DNA of 6,421 nucleotides from a virus (Duplodnaviria; Heunggongvirae; Uroviricota; Caudoviricetes): IMG/VR virus record IMGVR_UViG_2740892235_000009; one strand, 5' to 3'. Shown piece by piece: positions 5,139 to 6,421 of this stretch (position 1 is its first letter; each line of letters starts with the position of its first letter). The notes under the pieces were generated by a model. It saw only the letters and a program-made list of their open reading frames with translations, ran no database searches and was not told where the DNA came from. The position numbers and the translations under genes were made by a program.

Positions 5139-6421
5139 ATGACATTTAAACATTACGATGTGGTCAGGGCGGCATCGCCGTCAGACCTTGCTGATGCACT
5201 TGCGCAAAAAATTCGTGAAGGATGGCAACCATACGGTGGGCCGTTTTCTTCGTATACGGATGATGGCGCAGCACTTATTCAGGCGATTGTCGCAGAAGGT
5301 GATGTGAGCACACCTGTTGTGGTGAAGCCGACAGGTGGAGAAGGTGCAGTAATCAGTGCCACCAGCGACCCGGAGTATTACTTTGTTGTGGTTCTGGCAG
5401 GGCAGTCAAACGGCATGTCGTATGGTGAAGGTCTTCCGCTGCCGGAGACATATGACCGTCCGGACCCGCGCATTAAGCAGCTGGCGCGCCGCAGTACGGT
5501 GACACCGGGCGGTGCAGCATGCAAATATAACGACATCATTCCGGCGGACCATTGTCTGCATGATGTGCAGGACATGAGCCGCCTTAACCATCCGAAAGCG
5601 GACCTGTCAAAGGGGCAGTACGGTACCGTGGGGCAGGGGCTGCATATCGCCAAAAAACTGCTGCCGTTTATACCGGCGAATGCGGGTATTCTGCTGGTTC
5701 CGTGCTGTCGTGGTGGTTCAGCGTTCACCACCGGAGCTGATGGCACATACAGTGACGCTGGCGGTGCCTCGGAGAATTCAGCGCGCTGGGGTGTGGACAA
5801 GCCGTTGTATAAGGACCTTATCGGTCGAACAAAAGCAGCACTGAAGAAGAACCCGAAAAATGTGCTGTTTACCGTGGTGTGGATGCAGGGGGAATTTGAT
5901 TTTGACGGCACGCCCGGAAATCACGCAGCACAGTTTGGTGCGCTGGTTGATAAATTCCGTGCAGACCTGGCGGATATGGCAGGCCAGTGCGTCAGTGGCT
6001 CTGCTGGCAGTGTTCCCTGGATATGCGGAGACACGACGTATTTCTGGAAGCAGAAGAACGAATCCACGTACCAGACGGTGTACGGCAGCTATAAAAACAA
6101 AACGGAAAANNNNNNNNNNGCCGTGGTGTGGATGCAGGGGGAATTTGATTTTGGCGGTACGCCGGTAAATCACGCCGCACAGTTTGGCGCGCTGGTTGAT
6201 AAATTCCGTGCAGACCTGGCGGATATGGCAGGTCAGTGCGTCGGTGGCTCTGCTGGCGGTGTTCCCTGGATATGTGGAGATACGACGTATTTCTGGAAGC
6301 AGAAGAACGAATCCACGTACCAGACGGTGTACGGCAGCTACAAAAACAAAACGGAAAAGAATATCCATTTCGTACCGTTCATGACGGATGAGAACGGGGT
6401 GAATGTGCCGACGAACAAACC
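5139..6421 (+). CDS. nanS-p: Sialate O-acetylesterase (NanS-p-like), 3' end beyond the window; interrupted by an N10 gap and a ~240-bp near-duplicate
   Basis: ATG 5139 with RBS GGGAGGA. Hand translation is open from 5139 to the window end (MTFKHYDVVRAASPSDLADALAQKIREGWQPYGG...VVLAGQSNGMSYGEGLPLPETYDRPDPRIKQLARRSTVTPGG...VVWMQGEFDFDGTPGNHAAQFGALVDKFRADLADMAGQCV...). Not in the ORF track, presumably because no stop lies inside the window. The known Stx2-phage gene order stx2AB - nanS-p - lysis genes fits. Confidence 0.85.
   Translation, partial: MTFKHYDVVRAASPSDLADALAQKIREGWQPYGGPFSSYTDDGAALIQAIVAEGDVSTPVVVKPTGGEGAVISATSDPEYYFVVVLAGQSNGMSYGEGLPLPETYDRPDPRIKQLARRSTVTPGGAACKYNDIIPADHCLHDVQDMSRLNHPKADLSKGQYGTVGQGLHIAKKLLPFIPANAGILLVPCCRGGSAFTTGADGTYSDAGGASENSARWGVDKPLYKDLIGRTKAALKKNPKNVLFTVVWMQGEFDFDGTPGNHAAQFGALVDKFRADLADMAGQCVSGSAGSVPWICGDTTYFWKQKNESTYQTVYGSYKNKTEXXXXAVVWMQGEFDFGGTPVNHAAQFGALVDKFRADLADMAGQCVGGSAGGVPWICGDTTYFWKQKNESTYQTVYGSYKNKTEKNIHFVPFMTDENGVNVPTNK
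5871..6358. repeat. Direct near-duplicate of ~239 bp within nanS-p (5871-6109 and 6120-6358) flanking an N10 gap (6110-6119)
   Basis: The two copies align base-for-base with about a dozen substitutions, several non-synonymous (e.g. FDFDGTPGNHA versus FDFGGTPVNHA). The offset is 249 bp, so the frame is preserved. This is the pattern expected when contig ends from two paralogous nanS-p copies are scaffolded end to end. Confidence 0.85.

Noticed and set aside
5378-6384. Minus-strand and off-frame ORFs inside nanS-p (5378-5911, 5406-5591, 5778-6368, 5992-6180, 5860-6168, 6184-6384)
   Set aside because: They are antisense or out of frame relative to a long open frame with clear esterase motifs (GQSN) and a good RBS; several span the N10 gap and the duplicated segment. 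Shadow ORFs of a GC-rich coding region.

Overview
The window reads as the late-region accessory ('moron') zone of one or more lambdoid / Stx-type prophages from a Shiga-toxigenic Escherichia-like genome, joined across two N10 gaps. Left to right: the 3' part of a tRNA-Arg(UCG); a lipoprotein gene whose C-terminal half resembles TolA domain III; one copy (A) of a ~180-nt promoter-to-terminator small-RNA cassette; an AT-rich insert carrying an AraC/XylS-family regulator and a small unknown ORF; a tandem array of four further cassettes (B1-B4) with the same RNA scaffold but different internal inserts; a 5' fragment of a nanS-p-type sialate O-acetylesterase gene; gap; the last 67 codons of stx2B; a sixth cassette (C); and a second nanS-p gene running off the window, interrupted by the second gap and a ~240-bp near-duplicate. 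A conserved ~200-bp leader follows cassettes A, B4 and C and carries a second, shorter small-RNA-like module. The cassette family is the main candidate for a new or poorly characterised system; it may correspond to the prophage Hfq-binding anti-sRNAs AgvB/AsxR, which I recall only by genomic context, not by sequence. Most track ORFs overlapping the cassettes or antisense to nanS-p are rejected as non-coding. All coordinates for RNA ends and promoters are hand-counted and approximate.
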